Source: Mobula hypostoma (taxonomy: Eukaryota). Taken from it: a DNA stretch of 64,000 nucleotides. Positions 37,747 to 51,121 of this stretch are shown piece after piece; position 1 is the first letter of the stretch; each line of letters starts with the position of its first letter. Below the pieces are notes generated by a model. It searched no databases. It saw only the letters and a list, made by a program, of their open reading frames with translations, and was not told the DNA's origin. A program made the position numbers and the translations under genes. The stretch spans positions 12,650,001 to 12,714,000 of the forward strand of contig NC_086118.1 in NCBI RefSeq assembly GCF_963921235.1, in the 5' to 3' direction.

Positions 37747-40700
37747 ATTGCACAGATAGAGCAATGGGAATAATGGTCAGGACAAAGGAATACTCTTTTT
37801 GAGGGATGTGAGAAGACAAGGAGACCATCAGTATCCTTGACGACTACAGCTGCAAGAAGCGCACCACTCAGCAGCTGCCTTCTGACCATGTTAAGGAACT
37901 GGAAGTGGAGCTGAATGATCATTCAGGAGACTGAGGGGTTGATAACAGGAGATACTGCAAGATCATTGTACCTAAGGTGCGGGGCACAACTAACTGGGAG
38001 ACCATCAAGAGAGGGAAAGGGAATAAGCAGCCACAGTATTCCTATGACTGTCCTGTTTAAGAACAAGTGTATTGATTTAGATACTGTGGGGGAGGATAAG
38101 ATAGCAGAGGAAAGCCACAGCAGTCAGGTCTCTGCCTCTGAGTCTGGCTCTGTGACTCAGAAAGAAAGGGCGGGGTCGAAGAGGTGAGCTATAGCGATAG
38201 GGAATTCCATGGTTAGGGAAACAGAAAGGAGATTCTGTGGACAAGAACAAGATTCCTGGAGTGCATGTTACCTCCCAGGTGCCAGGGTCTTGGACACCTC
38301 AGATCAAGTCCATAGCGCTCTTAAGAAGAAAGCTCACCAGCCAAGCAGTGGTTCACTTCAGAACCAATGACATAGGCAGAAGGGGTGATGGGGTCCTGCA
38401 GTGTGAGTTCAGAGAGTTAGGTACTAAGCTAAAGGACATGAGCTCCAAGAATTATACCTGTGCCATATTCTGGTGTGGCTAGAAATCCTCACATGTAGAT
38501 AAGGAGATGATGCAGGAGGGAATGTTTCAGATTTTGGATCATAGAAATCTCTCCGAGGGTGGGTGGGACCTGTACTGATGGGACGTTTTCCCCTGAATTG
38601 GAGAGGAATCAATTTCCTTGTGAGAAGTCTTGCAATTACTGCTCCAGGGGCAGCAAATTAGAGCTGCAAAGTGATGGGAGCCAGAGAACCAGTGGAACTA
38701 GTAGAGTGGTTGTGCCTACATACAAAGACAGGAATCAGAAGATTGAGCATGAAAGCTTGTGAAGTCATATGGGTGGAAATGAGGAAGAAGAAAGGAGTGA
38801 CCACTTTAGTAGGATTATGTTATAGACCTCCCAATAGTCAGTAGGATTTGGAAGAGCAAATTTGCAGAGAGATAGTGGATAGTTGCAAGAAAAATAAGGT
38901 TGTGACAAATTATGGAGAGCTATAGGATTGGTCCTCAGGTTAAGATTTGAAATTGGAGAAAGGCCAATTTTGATGGCATCAGAAAGGATCTGACTGGTGC
39001 GGACTGTGATAGCTTATTGTCTGGCAAAATAATTTTTGGTAAGTGGGAGGCATTCAAACGTGAAATATTGAGAATACAGAGTTTGTACGTTGCTGTTAGA
39101 ATAAAAGGCAAGGCTAACAGGTATCGGGTACCTTGGTTTTCAGAGGATTTTGAGGCTCTGGTTAGAAGAAAGAGGTGCATAGTGTGAATAGGCAGCAAGG
39201 AACCAGTGAGGTGCTTAAGGAGTATAAGAAATGCAGAGAACACTTAAGAGCGAAATTAGGAGGGTTACAAGAGGACATGAGGGTGCTCTGACAGATAAGG
39301 TGAAGGAGAATACCTAAGGCTTCTAGCGATATATTAAGGGCAAAAGGATAGCAAGGGACAAAATTGGTCCACTTCAAGATCAGCATGGTCATCTATGCAT
39401 GGAGTTGAAAGGAGATAAAGGAGATCTTAAACTGATTATTTGCATTTGTATATACTCTGGAGTCGGACATATGTACAGTATAGAACTGAGGCAAACAAAA
39501 GGGAGATCAAGGATCATATATGAATTACAGACTTGCTGTCCTGAGGGTAATTAGGGTGGATAACTCCCCAAGGCCTGACAAGGTGTCCCCTCAGACCCTG
39601 TGCAAGGCTAGTGCAGAAATTGCAGGGCATGGCAGATGTATTTAAAACATCATTATCCATGAGTAAGGTGTCAGAAGATTGGAGGATAGCTAATGTTGTT
39701 CTATTGTTTTGTCGTTCAAGAAAAACTCTGACATTATGTCATGAAATTATAGGACTGTGAGCCTGATATCAATAGCAGGTAAATTAATGGAAAGTATTCC
39801 AAGAGACAGAATATAAAAAAGTACTTGGATAGAGAGGGCCTGTTTAGGAATAGTCAAGATGGCCTTGTGTGTAATAGTTCATGTCTAATCAATCTTAGAG
39901 TTTCTTGAGGAGGTTACCAGGCGAGTTGAAGAAGGAGATTGTCTACATGGACTTTAGCAAGGCCTTTGACAAAAACCTTCATAAGAAGCTGTTCAAGAAG
40001 GTTCAGCCACTTGGCATTCAGGATGAGGTAGTAAATTGGATTCAACATTAGATCAGTGGGAGAAGCCAGAGAGTGGTAGTAGATGGTTGCCTCTGACTGG
40101 AGGACTGGTGGAGTGCTGGGATTATTGTAGGTTGGTATATATATCAACAATCTGGATGATAATGTGTTAACCTGAATCATTAAATTTGTGAGAGGACACC
40201 AAGATTGGGGGTGTACTGGACAGCAAGGAAGACTATCAAAGCTTGCTGTAGGATCTGGACTAGCTGAAAAAGATGGGCTGAAAATGGCAGATGGAATTCA
40301 ATGCAGACAAGTGTGAGATGTTGCAGTTTGGGAGGACAAACAGGCTAGGACTAGCACAGGGACTGGTAGGGTACTGAGAAGAGCAGTAGACAGAGAGATT
40401 TGTGAATACAGATATATAATTCCTTGAAGGTGGTGTCACACATAGGTGGGTTGTGGAGAGAGCTTTAGTCACACTGGCTTTCATAATTCAGACAACAATG
40501 TATTGGAGTTGGGATGTTATGTTGATGTTGTATAAATCATGGATGAGGCCAGATTTGGAGTATTGTGTGCCTCATCACCTATCTACAGGAAAGATATTAG
40601 TAAAATTGAAAGAGTAAAGAGAACATTCAGAAGGATGCTGCCAGGATTTGAGCACCTGAGTTATAGAGAAAGTTTGAATATTGGGACTTTATTCCCTGGA

Positions 40701-41020
40701 GCACAGGAGAATGAAGAGAGATTTGATAGAGGGATACACGATTATGAGAAATAAAGATAGAGTAAATGCAAGTAAGCTTCTTTCATTGAAGTTGGCGGAG
40801 ACTTGAACTAAATGTCATGGGTTTAGTGTGAAGGGTGAAATATTTAAGAGGAACCTAAGGGTTGGTGCAAGTGTGGAACAAACTGTCAGGAAAATAATGG
40901 ATATGTAATTTAAGAGAAATTTGGATAAGTACATGGATGGAAAGTGTTATGGAGGGCTACAGTCCAGGTGCGGGTCGATGGGACTGGATAGATGTCGTGG
41001 TGTTCTATGACTCTTTGGCT
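36800..41020 (+). mobile_element. Near full-length degenerate CR1 LINE (5' UTR, ORF1 Zn-finger plus SGNH/esterase remnant, ORF2)
   Basis: ORF1 remnants AIAIGNSMVRETERRFCG and VVH.RTNDIG at ~38190-38380. ORF2 remnants include YRPPNS, NWRKANF, NYRTVSL and YMDFSKAFDK. Many stops and frameshifts. Confidence 0.8.
37018..37660 (+). mobile_element. GC-rich non-autonomous retroposon with (AATCT)n tail inserted in the CR1 5' UTR
   Basis: CpG-rich block ending ACAATAAA...ATAATCTAATCTA. No coding motifs. Confidence 0.45.
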
Positions 41021-41029
41021 CTATGACAT

Positions 41030-41400
41030 GTGTTTGGACATCATGCTAGAAATGCACAAATGTTTGGTGAGACCACAGCTAGAGCATTGTGTGCAGTTCC
41101 AGTCACCCAGCTACAGGAAGAATTTTATTAAGCTGGAAATGGTGCAGAACGTATTCATCGAGTTGTTACTGGGGCTGCAGGTTTTGTGTTATGAGGAGGG
41201 ACTGGATAGGCTGGGACCTTTCTCCCTGGAGCGTTGGAGGTTGCAAGGTGACGTTATAAAGGTATATAAAATCAGGAGGGGCATAGATAAGGTCTACGAT
41301 CAGTCTTTTTCCAATGGCATGGGAGTCTAAAACTTGGGGACATTGATTTAAAAGGGACCAGAAAAATGTAAAAGGTGCCTAAGGGGCACATTTTTCAGAT
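41030..41400 (+). mobile_element. CR1 fragment
   Basis: LVRPQLEHCVQFQSPSYRK motif. Confidence 0.75.
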
Positions 41401-41525
41401 GGGGGTAAAGCTAGTGGAAGAATTACGGGTTTGAAAATCAATATCCAATGGTCGACACTATTAGGAAAAACCTCCAAGGTGTCCAGTAAAAGCAGTTGTA
41501 TACTAATAACTCGAGTACGGTACTA

Positions 41526-42134
41526 CACTCAGTGGCCACTTTATTAAGTACAGCAGTGACCTAATAAAGCAGCCTTCTGCTCTATATAGTGTTCTGCTGT
41601 TGTAGCCCATCAATGTGTTGTGTGTCCATAGATGCTCTTCAGCACACCACTTTTATACCGCATGGCTATTCGAGTTACTGTCACCTTCCTATCAGCTTGA
41701 ACCATTCTCCCCTGACCTTTGTAATTAACAAGGTGTTTTCACCCACAGAACTGCTGCTCACTGGATGTTTTCTTTTGGGGGTATTTTTGCACCATTCTCT
41801 GTAAGCTCTAGTGACTGATTGTACGAAAATCACATGAGATCCATAGATTTTGAAATACTCAAACCACTCCATTTGACATCATTCCACAGTCAAAGTCACA
41901 TAGATCGTATTTCTTCCCACTTCCAATGTTTGGTCTGAACAACAACTGAACCTCTTGAACACAAAAGATTTTGCAGATGCTGGGGTCAAAGCAACACGCA
42001 CAACTTGCTGGAGGAACTCAGCAGGTCGGGCAGCATCTGTGGAAATGAACAGTCAACGTTTCGGGCCGAGACCCTTCGTCAGGACTTCGAGAGTCCAGGT
42101 GAACAGGAGGACCTAATAAAGTGGCCACAGAGTG
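41526..42134. mobile_element. Tc1-like non-autonomous element with TA TSD and a nested Penelope terminus (~41958-42087)
   Basis: TA|CACTCAGTGGCCACTTTATTA ... TAATAAAGTGGCCACAGAGTG|TA. Confidence 0.85.
42051..42086 (-). ncRNA. Minimal hammerhead ribozyme motif (GUU triplet)
   Basis: Minus strand reads AGTC-CTGACGA-AGGGTCTCGGCCC-GAAA-CGTT-GACT. Confidence 0.7.
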
Positions 42135-42431
42135 TAAGGGAGGGGATACAATTTGCATTTTTCTGTGTGGTAATTATAAGATTTATAAAGATTAGCAATA
42201 TGTTCTGTAAACATTGAGCTAGTTCAGAAAAATGATTATTTTCAGGATCAATGAAAGTCTCATAAGAGCCATAGATTGTTTCTCTCTTAGAACAAGAGAT
42301 AGGTCGACAATTTGTACCCTAGTCTCACCAAAGAATTAAAGTCAGCTCACTAATCATGGTGTGTCTCTGCTACTTTTTCTGAAAAAATGAGAAACATATA
42401 ATGCACAGTCACCTCACAGTAGATCCTAGGA

Positions 42432-43602
42432 CAGTGGTCCCCAACCACCGGGCCGCAATGCATGTGCTACCGGGCTGCGAAGAAACGATATGATTTGCTG
42501 ATAGGAGTCAGCTGCACCTTTTCTCTTTCCCTGTCACAGCCACTGTTGAGCTTGAACGCATGCGAGGTCATTACGCACGCGTCATCCCTGTCAGCAAAGA
42601 AGGAGATCAACTCCTCGAGCTTGCAAATGACGGCGGGCTGAAACGTATGTTTGACATAACATCTCTGCCGGCATTCTGGATCAAAGTCAAGGCTGAATAT
42701 CCTGAGATAGCCACGAAAGCACTGAAAACGTTGCTTCCATTTCCAATGTATCTCTGCAATGAATGCAACGAAAACTAAATTGCGGAATAGACTGGACATA
42801 AAGAACTCCCTTCGAGTATTGCTGTCTCCCGTCACCTCTCGATGACCGTCTTGTTGCAGGAAAACAAGCGCAGTGCTCCCACTGATTCAGCGATGTTGGT
42901 GTGTTGCAATGATTTTATATGTTCATACGGGGAAAATATGTGCTGCTTGTTTAATATCCAAACGTTACTTAAAATGTTATGATGCTATTGATTTATATAA
43001 CCATATAACAATTACAACATGGAAACAGGCCATTTCTGCCCTTCTAGTCCGTGCCGAACGCTACTCTCACCTAGACCCACCGACCCGCACTCAGCCCATA
43101 ACCCTCCATTCCTTTCCTGTCTATATACCTATCCAATTTTTAATTAAATGATAATACCGAACCTGCCTCTATCACTTCTACTGGAAGTTCATTCAAGACT
43201 TACTTCAAGCTCCCCTGATAATTGATTTATCGCTATATTCAAGCAAGGAAAATATGCGCTGAGTGTTTAATATTAAATTCGTTAGATAAACCCTTTTAGA
43301 AACAAAATTGAGTGAATTAGCCACTTATCACCTATATTGCGTTCATGATTAACACCCCCCCGACAGAATCACCAAACACCGATTTGTAGAAAAAAATCGA
43401 CACGTACACGCATGCGCACTGGTGCCTGCGCAAGGCTTCATGGTCATTGTAGTCTTTCTCGGGGTAAATCCAACGTATTTGACTGCTACTCTTGTTCGTT
43501 GGCAACCCTACCACCGCACCCCCCCAACCCCTGGTCGGCCAGTCCGCAAGAATATTGTCAATATGAAACCGGTCCGCAGTGGGAAAAGGTTGAGGACCCC
43601 TG
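42432..43602 (+). mobile_element. hAT (Buster/Charlie-type) internally deleted transposon with nested CR1 3' end (~42995-43195)
   Basis: TIRs CAGTGGTCCCCAACC and GGTTGAGGACCCCTG. 8-bp TSD TCCTAGGA/CCCTAGGA (NNNTANNN). hAT C-terminal remnant LPAFWIKVKAEYPEIATKALKTLLPFP. Confidence 0.9.
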
Positions 43603-44577
43603 CCCTAGGACATATATTGGATTAGCACTGATGACAGCCATATCCAAAGACAACATAGCAGTGTAACTCTGCCACTACATAGACTGGGCAAAAGGAAGAG
43701 ATGACAGGATGAGACATGAACTAACCATAAGCTTGAAGAGGAAAAAAGAAGAAATTAGGCCAGGACTAAAGAATGTAGCATCAAAAGGAATATTCGGTTA
43801 AACAGAAATCATGCTTGGACAACTGTATAGGAATAGCAAGGGCTGGAGATATAATTAGATATGTGAACACTAGGAACATTTGAAATAAAGTAGCTGAACA
43901 ACATGACTACTGGCAATTGGTAATTCTAATCCTGTAGGAATCATTCAAATAGCTTCAGGATACTTGACTAAATCAACAGAACTAAAACTACACTGAATTC
44001 TTACTGCAATAAATTTTGTAAAATCATTTTGTTTGGTACACAGTTAGTTCACTGAAGATTATTTTGATTTCAGTTGAACAAATTAACGCCTTTGTTAACA
44101 TGACCCATCTTTAAGAATAACCAGGGGAAATGTTTCTAAATGCTTTTTACTAGTTAGTTCAGAGTTCAAAGTACATTTACTATCAAAGTATGTATACTAT
44201 TTTCAGCCTTGAGGTTCGTCTCCTTACAGGCAGCCACAAGACAAAGAAACCTAATAGACCCCATTAAAAAAAGGCCACTAAACACCCAATGTGTAGAAAA
44301 AAACAAATTGTGTAAACAATAAAAGTAAGCAATTAACATTCTGAACTGAAGTTCACGAAAGCCTGAGTCCACAGCAACAAAGCCAGTCATCACTGCAGCT
44401 AGTTCAGGAGCCTGTTAGTTGCAGGGCACAGCTTTCAGTTCAGCATAGAGACGAACACACCCTGATCTTTTCAATCTGGCCCGGTGTTTAATTCGGCCAA
44501 GCCTCAGGCTGCTCCTTAGTCTTGAACCCAGGCCCTGTTGCTTCAATGTGCTCTCGGGCTCAGGCCCTGTTGCCTTG

Positions 44578-45441
44578 TGTGACGAGAATATACATAAAAT
44601 TAAGATGTTTGCTGGCCTGGGTTAGCATCAGTGGCATCAGCAAGTGGTCTGCCACCTGCCCTCAGGGGAAGGAGAGATAAGGAACAATGGAGCAGCGTCT
44701 GGAGATGTGTAATGAAGGGATGGGAGAGAGAGCTGTCTGGAGCGGCTCCCCCTTTGAACCCTGAACTGTTTGAAGTGATGGACAGGCGATACCCCAGCAG
44801 GGGGATAAAAAGGGACAGATTCTCTAAGGCAGGACACACATGACACCCGAGGTAACGAGACCCTGGAAGCAGTGTGCCTCTCACGAGTCGGTGGGAAGGA
44901 TCGGACCTTAAACGCACAGGGTGGAAAGGTACGATCAGCGGGAACCCGGTGTGTGTCCACCCTTGCTTGGGTGCCGGGTTCACTGCAGAGGATCGACCGC
45001 ATCTGGAGGAGGGGTCAAAGTCGGTGACCTCAGGTGACATCACAAAGGACCCACCCGAAAGCTGCTTATGAGCAATATCGCCGGTCTGTGAGTGGAAGCC
45101 GTTTCTGAATGATCAGTTGTTCCCGTTATCTCTTTCTCTCCTCCCACGTTGTCCATCGCCATGGCAACGATTACTGCGAACTGAACTACTAAATTGGACT
45201 GAACTTTGTGTCACTTTGAAATTGGTCATTTACCCCTAGACAACGATAGAGCTTGATTGGTGCTGTTATTTTAATTCTGTGCACATGTGTGTTTATCGTT
45301 GCTGAACTGTTGCATTTATTATCCTTTCGATTACTGTGTTGCTTGTTTCTTTAATAAAACTTTCTTAGTTCTAGTAATCCAGACTCCAACTGAGTGATCC
45401 ATTTCTGCTGGTTTGGCAACCCAGTTACGGGGTACGTAACA
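44578..45441 (+). mobile_element. Solo LTR (864 bp) with 4-bp TSD
   Basis: TGTGAC...GTAACA flanked by CTTG at 44574-44577 and 45442-45445. TATA-like GATAAAAA at ~44804 and AATAAA at ~45353. Confidence 0.9.
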
Positions 45442-47959
45442 CTTGATTCAGCCCGTACCTGACCTTCCCAATTCGGTCTGGTGCTTAAATTGGTCAAACC
45501 TTGGGTCGAGCCTGGACCCCGCCTCCTCGCCTTGGTTTTGCCACATCTAATCGCCTCCGTCCACTCCAGTGATGGTCAAACATTGGCTTATTCCCCTCCC
45601 TAGAGCCCAGGTCCTGCTCCCTCAATTCAGCCCGAACTGCTCTGCACCTTCAAGACTTCTGTTCACACTGCAGAAATACCAGGCCGCACACGTGATTCAA
45701 AAGCCCAGTTCCAAAAGGGAAGCCACGGGCAACTGATTGCAGTCATCATATCCCAGAAAAAGTGCGATTAATACAGTAATTTATAGTTTTGTTTGTTTTG
45801 ATTGCCAGCAGCAAGTCATCGCTGTGCTTCAGCAGCACTATCTTAAACCAATACAAGGATAGAATGTTTTTTTTTCTTGGAATGTGATGCCTTCAGAGAG
45901 AATCTGTAACCTTTTACTGCAAGCATATATTAGAATCACAGAACCATGCACATTTACAGTGCAGGTGGAGCTTATTGACTTTTATTATCCTATCTTCTCA
46001 GGACAAAGTCATTTACAAGCCTACATCCAGCTACTTCAGCTGTTTTGTAAATGTGGTAAAACTTTTTGCTTCCACCATATTGTCAAATTTTGGTTCTCAG
46101 TTCCCACCACTCACTAGTGAACTATTTTATTTCCTCACTTAAGTGGTGTAGAAGGTTTTGGAATGTAATTTGTTCAATGGACCTGCTTGTAAGCTACGTG
46201 ACTAATAAATTAGTCAGAGGGACACTGTGGTTCACCTTAACCATCAACCAACCCTGCCTACCTGAAAAGAGTCCAATTTATTGCAAATCTATTTACTATT
46301 CAGCAATTAGCCAGAAGAGCTGCTTTATCCTTCTAGTCACCATCCTTACGAAACAAACCAGCCACTTCAGACTGAAACCTGCATTACCAACATCTTTTCA
46401 GTTTATCATTTTCTGAATGATGCTTTGAAGTTGTTTTGATTGATTGGTGGGGAAAGTAACTTTGGTTCTTAAGAAAGCAAATGAGCATGATATATCTTTG
46501 GCTTGACTTAAATGTAAATTGTCTGTAGAATAAGAGGATTTGCATTCATATACAATTTTTCATTTCCTTAATGTCTCAGAAAGTGCTTCAAAATCAGTAG
46601 AGCACACATGGTGCACAATCACTCTCGTAGCATTGGGGAAATGAGCAACCAATTTGCACATGCCAAGATATCAGAACCACTGATGAGATGAATGCTCAGA
46701 TGGTTTATTTTAATGGCTGATTTTTTTTCCAAGACATCAAGAAATTCTTTCCCTACTCTCGCTCAAATACAAATCCCCAAGAGGACAAATAGGGTCTCAG
46801 TTCAAAGTTATTTCTGAACGAATCATATTATCTGAACATTAGCATGCCATAGTTCGATATCTCCCTAAGATATTGGCTTAAACATTGTTTTAATTATCTG
46901 CATATAAAATAGACTTCGTAAAAAGGAGTCTGTGCAAAATTTAAAAAGTTTTGCTTTCACTACAGTGCACAAGGAAGGATTAAATACATTGACATATGCA
47001 TGCAACTCTTTACTTAGCATAAAGTACCTTGCTAATTGTTTGTTTTTTTGTTTGGCAATTGCACCAACCTGATAGCTTTTGAAACAAAGGAAATTCAACC
47101 CTCAGTATTTTCCGCCATTATAACATCTCCAAACCCACAGCTTGTTTCCCCTGAAGGACAATGGTAGCAGACAAATAAGGACACCACTCTATCTGAAGAA
47201 CAACAAATAGATTTCTAATCACCTCCAACTCTCTAGAGAGCTAGCCAACAATTATGGTGAGTCACTTCATTTCTCTTGCAGTTTCATCAAATGTACAACT
47301 CACCTCAGCTCCAAGGGTCAAGTGAGTTTCAACTATCTTCCATACTACTGAAAAACGTTATAATTGATTCCATCTAAACTGATTCCTCAAGGACAAGGAG
47401 GACATTATAGAATTTGCACACTTGGTGTGGAGTTTCATTATTCGTAGGCCAGTGTAGGCTGCAGATTTGGGAAGTTTTGTAATTCAGAAGAATATTGAAC
47501 ATCCTCTGTTTCCAAAGGTTATCCAAAGGGCATATTTGGGAAAATAATAGATAATGGTAGTTTGAAGGTTAATTTATTCCAAGCAAAGAGTTACACAAAG
47601 ACATTCAATGAATTTCTCCCTTGTGTTTTTAAATGGAGACAATAATTTTAAGTTTACACAAACAATATCTCTGTTAAAATAGAGTGCAAAATAATATGTT
47701 AGGAATTTATCAACCAATCGCATGCTAACACCTAAGGAATTTGAAAAGCAAACCTAATTGCCAACTTGCATCTCACGTGGTAATGGTATCCTGGATTCTT
47801 AAGTGTTCTCCTAATGGGTACCACTCTAAATTGTAAAATTACTCCAAGGTAATTTGCTTTTCAAAGCACTAGTTTTGGGATGTGGATATTGATGAAAGGC
47901 TAGTATATTGATTAATCTGGAGTGAAGAGTGGCAAGCCTGCTCCTTGCAGCTTTGTGAT

Positions 47960-48940
47960 TATAGAGTCACAGAGTTACACAACACAGAGAAAGGTCCTTC
48001 AGCCCAACTCATCCATGCCAATCTAGGTGTCTATCCAAGTTAATCCTATTTGCTTGCATTGGTCCCATATCCCTCTAAAACATTTCTTACCCATGTACCT
48101 CTCTAAATGTCTTCCATAATTACCCGCACATCCATATATATGCTCCTCTAGCAACTCATTCCATCTTCCCACCATTCTCTGTGTGCAAAGGTTTCCTCTC
48201 AGGTACTACTTAAATCTTTCCCCTCTCACCTGAAATCTCTATCCTTTACCACCCACCTTATAGTCATAGTCATACTTTATTGATCCCGGGGGAAATTGGT
48301 TTTCGTTACAGTTAAATAATAAATAGTAATAAAATCATAAATAGTTAAATAGTAATATGTAAAATGCCAGGAAATAAGTCCAGGACCAGCCTATTGGCTC
48401 AGGGTGTCTGACCCTCCAAGGGAGGAGTTGTAAAGTTTGATGGCCACAGGCAGGAATGACTTCCTATGACGCTCAGTGCTGCATCTCGGTGGAATGAGTC
48501 TCTGGCTGAATGTACTCCTGTGCCCACCCAGTACATTATGTAGTGGATGGGAGACATTGTCCAAGATGGCATGCAACTTGGACAGCATCCTCTTTTCAGA
48601 CATCACCGTCAGAGAGTCCAGTTCCATCCCCACAACATCACTGGCCTTACGAATGATCTATGACTTCTGTCGTTTTACATATATATAACCATAGGTTCAC
48701 CCATTCAGCCTCCTATCCTTCAAGGAATACATTCACAGACTATCCTGCCATTCATTATAACTCAAGCCCTCCAGTTCCAGTGTAATCCTCATGCACTTTT
48801 TCTTTACCTTTTCAGCTTAATGTCGCCCTTCTTGTAACTGGGAGATCAGTTTGGTTTCACCAATGATTTATACCATTTCAATATGGTGTCCCAGTTCCTG
48901 TACTCAATGCCCTAACTGATAAAGGCAAGCTCGTCTAATC
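47960..48940 (-). mobile_element. Degenerate CR1 3' fragment with nested Rex/Babar 3' fragment (~48258-48655)
   Basis: The insert encodes HPLHNVL..FSQRLIPPRCSTERHRKSFLPVAIKLYN and has a (GACTAT)n tail. Confidence 0.8.
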
Positions 48941-49454
48941 CTGGAGACGATTATTTAACCAGAATAATCAGAACTGATGACTACTTATTCCCTATTGTCC
49001 TGTCAATTAATTTAGTAATTTCTTCTATCGTGGGTGCACCAACTCTGCAGATTAAAAAAAAGATTTGAAGCATTATTGCTCCAAGTCAGCTCCACATGTA
49101 TGGAGATTTACATCAACAGCTAAACCTGGAAGTTTTCCTGTCTAGCTGTGGTCCCGATGATGAAGGCACCTCTACAGAACTATCAGGAAGAGGTTTCCAA
49201 AATTTTAGTGAAGCAAAGTTGGAACATGTGGACTTTGGACCATTGGAAAATGAAGAGGATGGCTCCTACTGCCTTTATAGTGGGAGGGTTCCCTAAGTAG
49301 TTGGATATGCTCTGCAGTTAGAAGGTAAAGGTTTAGCATAATATTAAGACATTTGTTAAGGCCACAATAACTAGAGAGATGATAGGAGTCTCAAATGGGA
49401 AAATAAGGAGGCTGTAACTTCTGGGTAGGCCTTATATATTTGCCCAAAACTAAC

Positions 49455-49502
49455 CTCGTTCAGTAGGTGGAGTCAGATGAATGAAACTTCTGCATTTTTC
49501 CC
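49455..49502 (-). CDS. gsg1l2: GSG1-like protein, coding exon 2 (48 nt)
   Basis: Reverse strand reads tttgtgttgtttcgcag|GG GAA AAA TGC AGA AGT TTC ATT CAT CTG ACT CCA CCT ACT GAA CGA G|gttagt, i.e. (G)EKCRSFIHLTPPTER(G). This is the conserved EKCRSF micro-exon and is phase-compatible with exons 1 and 3. It is absent from the ORF track. Confidence 0.92.
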
Positions 49503-50820
49503 CTGCGAAACAACACAAACAAATAATGTCCTTAAAGCATGTTGCATAGTAATCGTTTCAAAATGTAGATCAGCTTCATACAATTCAAGGCATTTATCAA
49601 TGACACAAGAGTTGGAATGGGAGATTCTAGATATTGTGCAGCAAGACATTAAGAATTGCTGCTTTATTCAGAAAGCTCGAAAACAAATCAACATTCACGA
49701 TAGAAATACAAGGCAGTAAACGGGGCAAACTGAAATATCCAAATAACCTATCCTTTAAGAATCACCTATGTAACAATAACAGCTGTGCAATTAAAATCTA
49801 TTTATTTTATATATTGAAAATATCATTGTGTTAATTTTGATTTTGCATTTACCTTAGTCAAACTCCCACCTGTAGCTTTCATGTTAACAAAATACACCCC
49901 TCCCCCAAAGTGGGTCTTATGTCCCGTTTAAGATGTGGACACTGAGTATGAAAGACGGATACTTCGAAGCATATTCGTCTCGCGTTGCTCTAATCAGTCA
50001 TAGAGTAAGCACCACTGGCTCGGCATGTGTCTCCGCTGTTTCCCTGATACAGTACAGTCTTCGCACTGGCGGAACACTACAGATACTGCCAACGCATTTA
50101 GAAATTCGCATTCGAATTTCGCATCCCTTCCCTCCCACTCCTGTCCCAAACACCTATCCGTGTGGGCAGATCAATCGCAGTCACATTAGAAGGATGGAAA
50201 TGAAAATACTGAGAGGAGGCGACAATGATTTTTTAAAAAGTTCCACAGCGCGCCTCGGTTCTAGGTCTGTGCGTCCGGGCGTCCTGGAGGCCGTGACAAT
50301 CATCTCTAGCCTCGGTTGCCGTCACTGTCCAGATGTAAACAAATCTACCCTGCAGCTGTCAGTGTACTAAAGGTGGGAATCGACTTCGGAAAAGGTCAGA
50401 ACATAATCTACACAAACTTTCGCACCGAGAGAGTTTCCTATTTGAATCGAGTTACACCTAGTGCCAGTTTTATTTCAATACGGGTGCGCCTATTCAACGG
50501 GAAATTTGTGAACATACACATCTAAATTTTATGCATATGATATACATGGATATAGATGCTCCAGCTATATGAATGCATTGGAATAAACAATAATTTTGAC
50601 AAAAAGTTAAATTTTAAAGATATTTCGATGCATAGAAAAGCTAAAATAGATTTAATAGCTGGGTTTCCAGATAAAGATAATATAAAGTATTATTTAGATT
50701 CACGGGACATATACAGAAATTCACAGACATATTCTCACCCACATACATATGTTACAGCTATACGCACGTGTGTGTGCTTTGTATGTGCGCACACTAAGAG
50801 GAGTAGCTAGACTTATTTAC

Positions 50821-51121
50821 CTTGTCCACTGATATTTTCCTCGCAGGAGAACCAGATGCCGGCATGGAAATAACAGATCACATACTTATCATCGCCGGTT
50901 TCCCAACTATATTGGACCACGCTGCTGTCGTTATTGCCCGGACTGTTATATTCGATACAGTTGTTCTGCTTTTCCTTTAAGTTAGTTTTACAGAAAGGTT
51001 TCACTACTTTCCTGGTCCCTTCACACCAGTAGCTGGTACTGAAGGCGGTGACACAAAAGACCAGGGCGATAAAGTTGAGAGTAAGAGCTAAGGACGCCCG
51101 GTGTCTCCTGTCGATTCCCAT
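50821..51121 (-). CDS. gsg1l2: GSG1-like protein (probably GSG1L2), coding exon 1
   Basis: Translates to MGIDRRHRASLALTLNFIALVFCVTAFSTSYWCEGTRKVVKPFC...VVQYSWETGDDKY...FHAGIWFSCEE, with GSG1-family motifs (WCEGT, YSWETGDD, GIWFSCEE). Ends CAAG|GTAAAT, a phase-1 donor at 50820. The paralog call rests on the recalled WCEGTRxVVKPxC motif and is less certain than the family call. Confidence 0.9.

Noticed and set aside
47304..47347. Minus-strand segment bounded by ttttcag and gtgagt, a candidate exon 2
   Set aside because: It is 44 nt, frame-breaking and has no GSG1 similarity. The true exon 2 is at 49455-49502.
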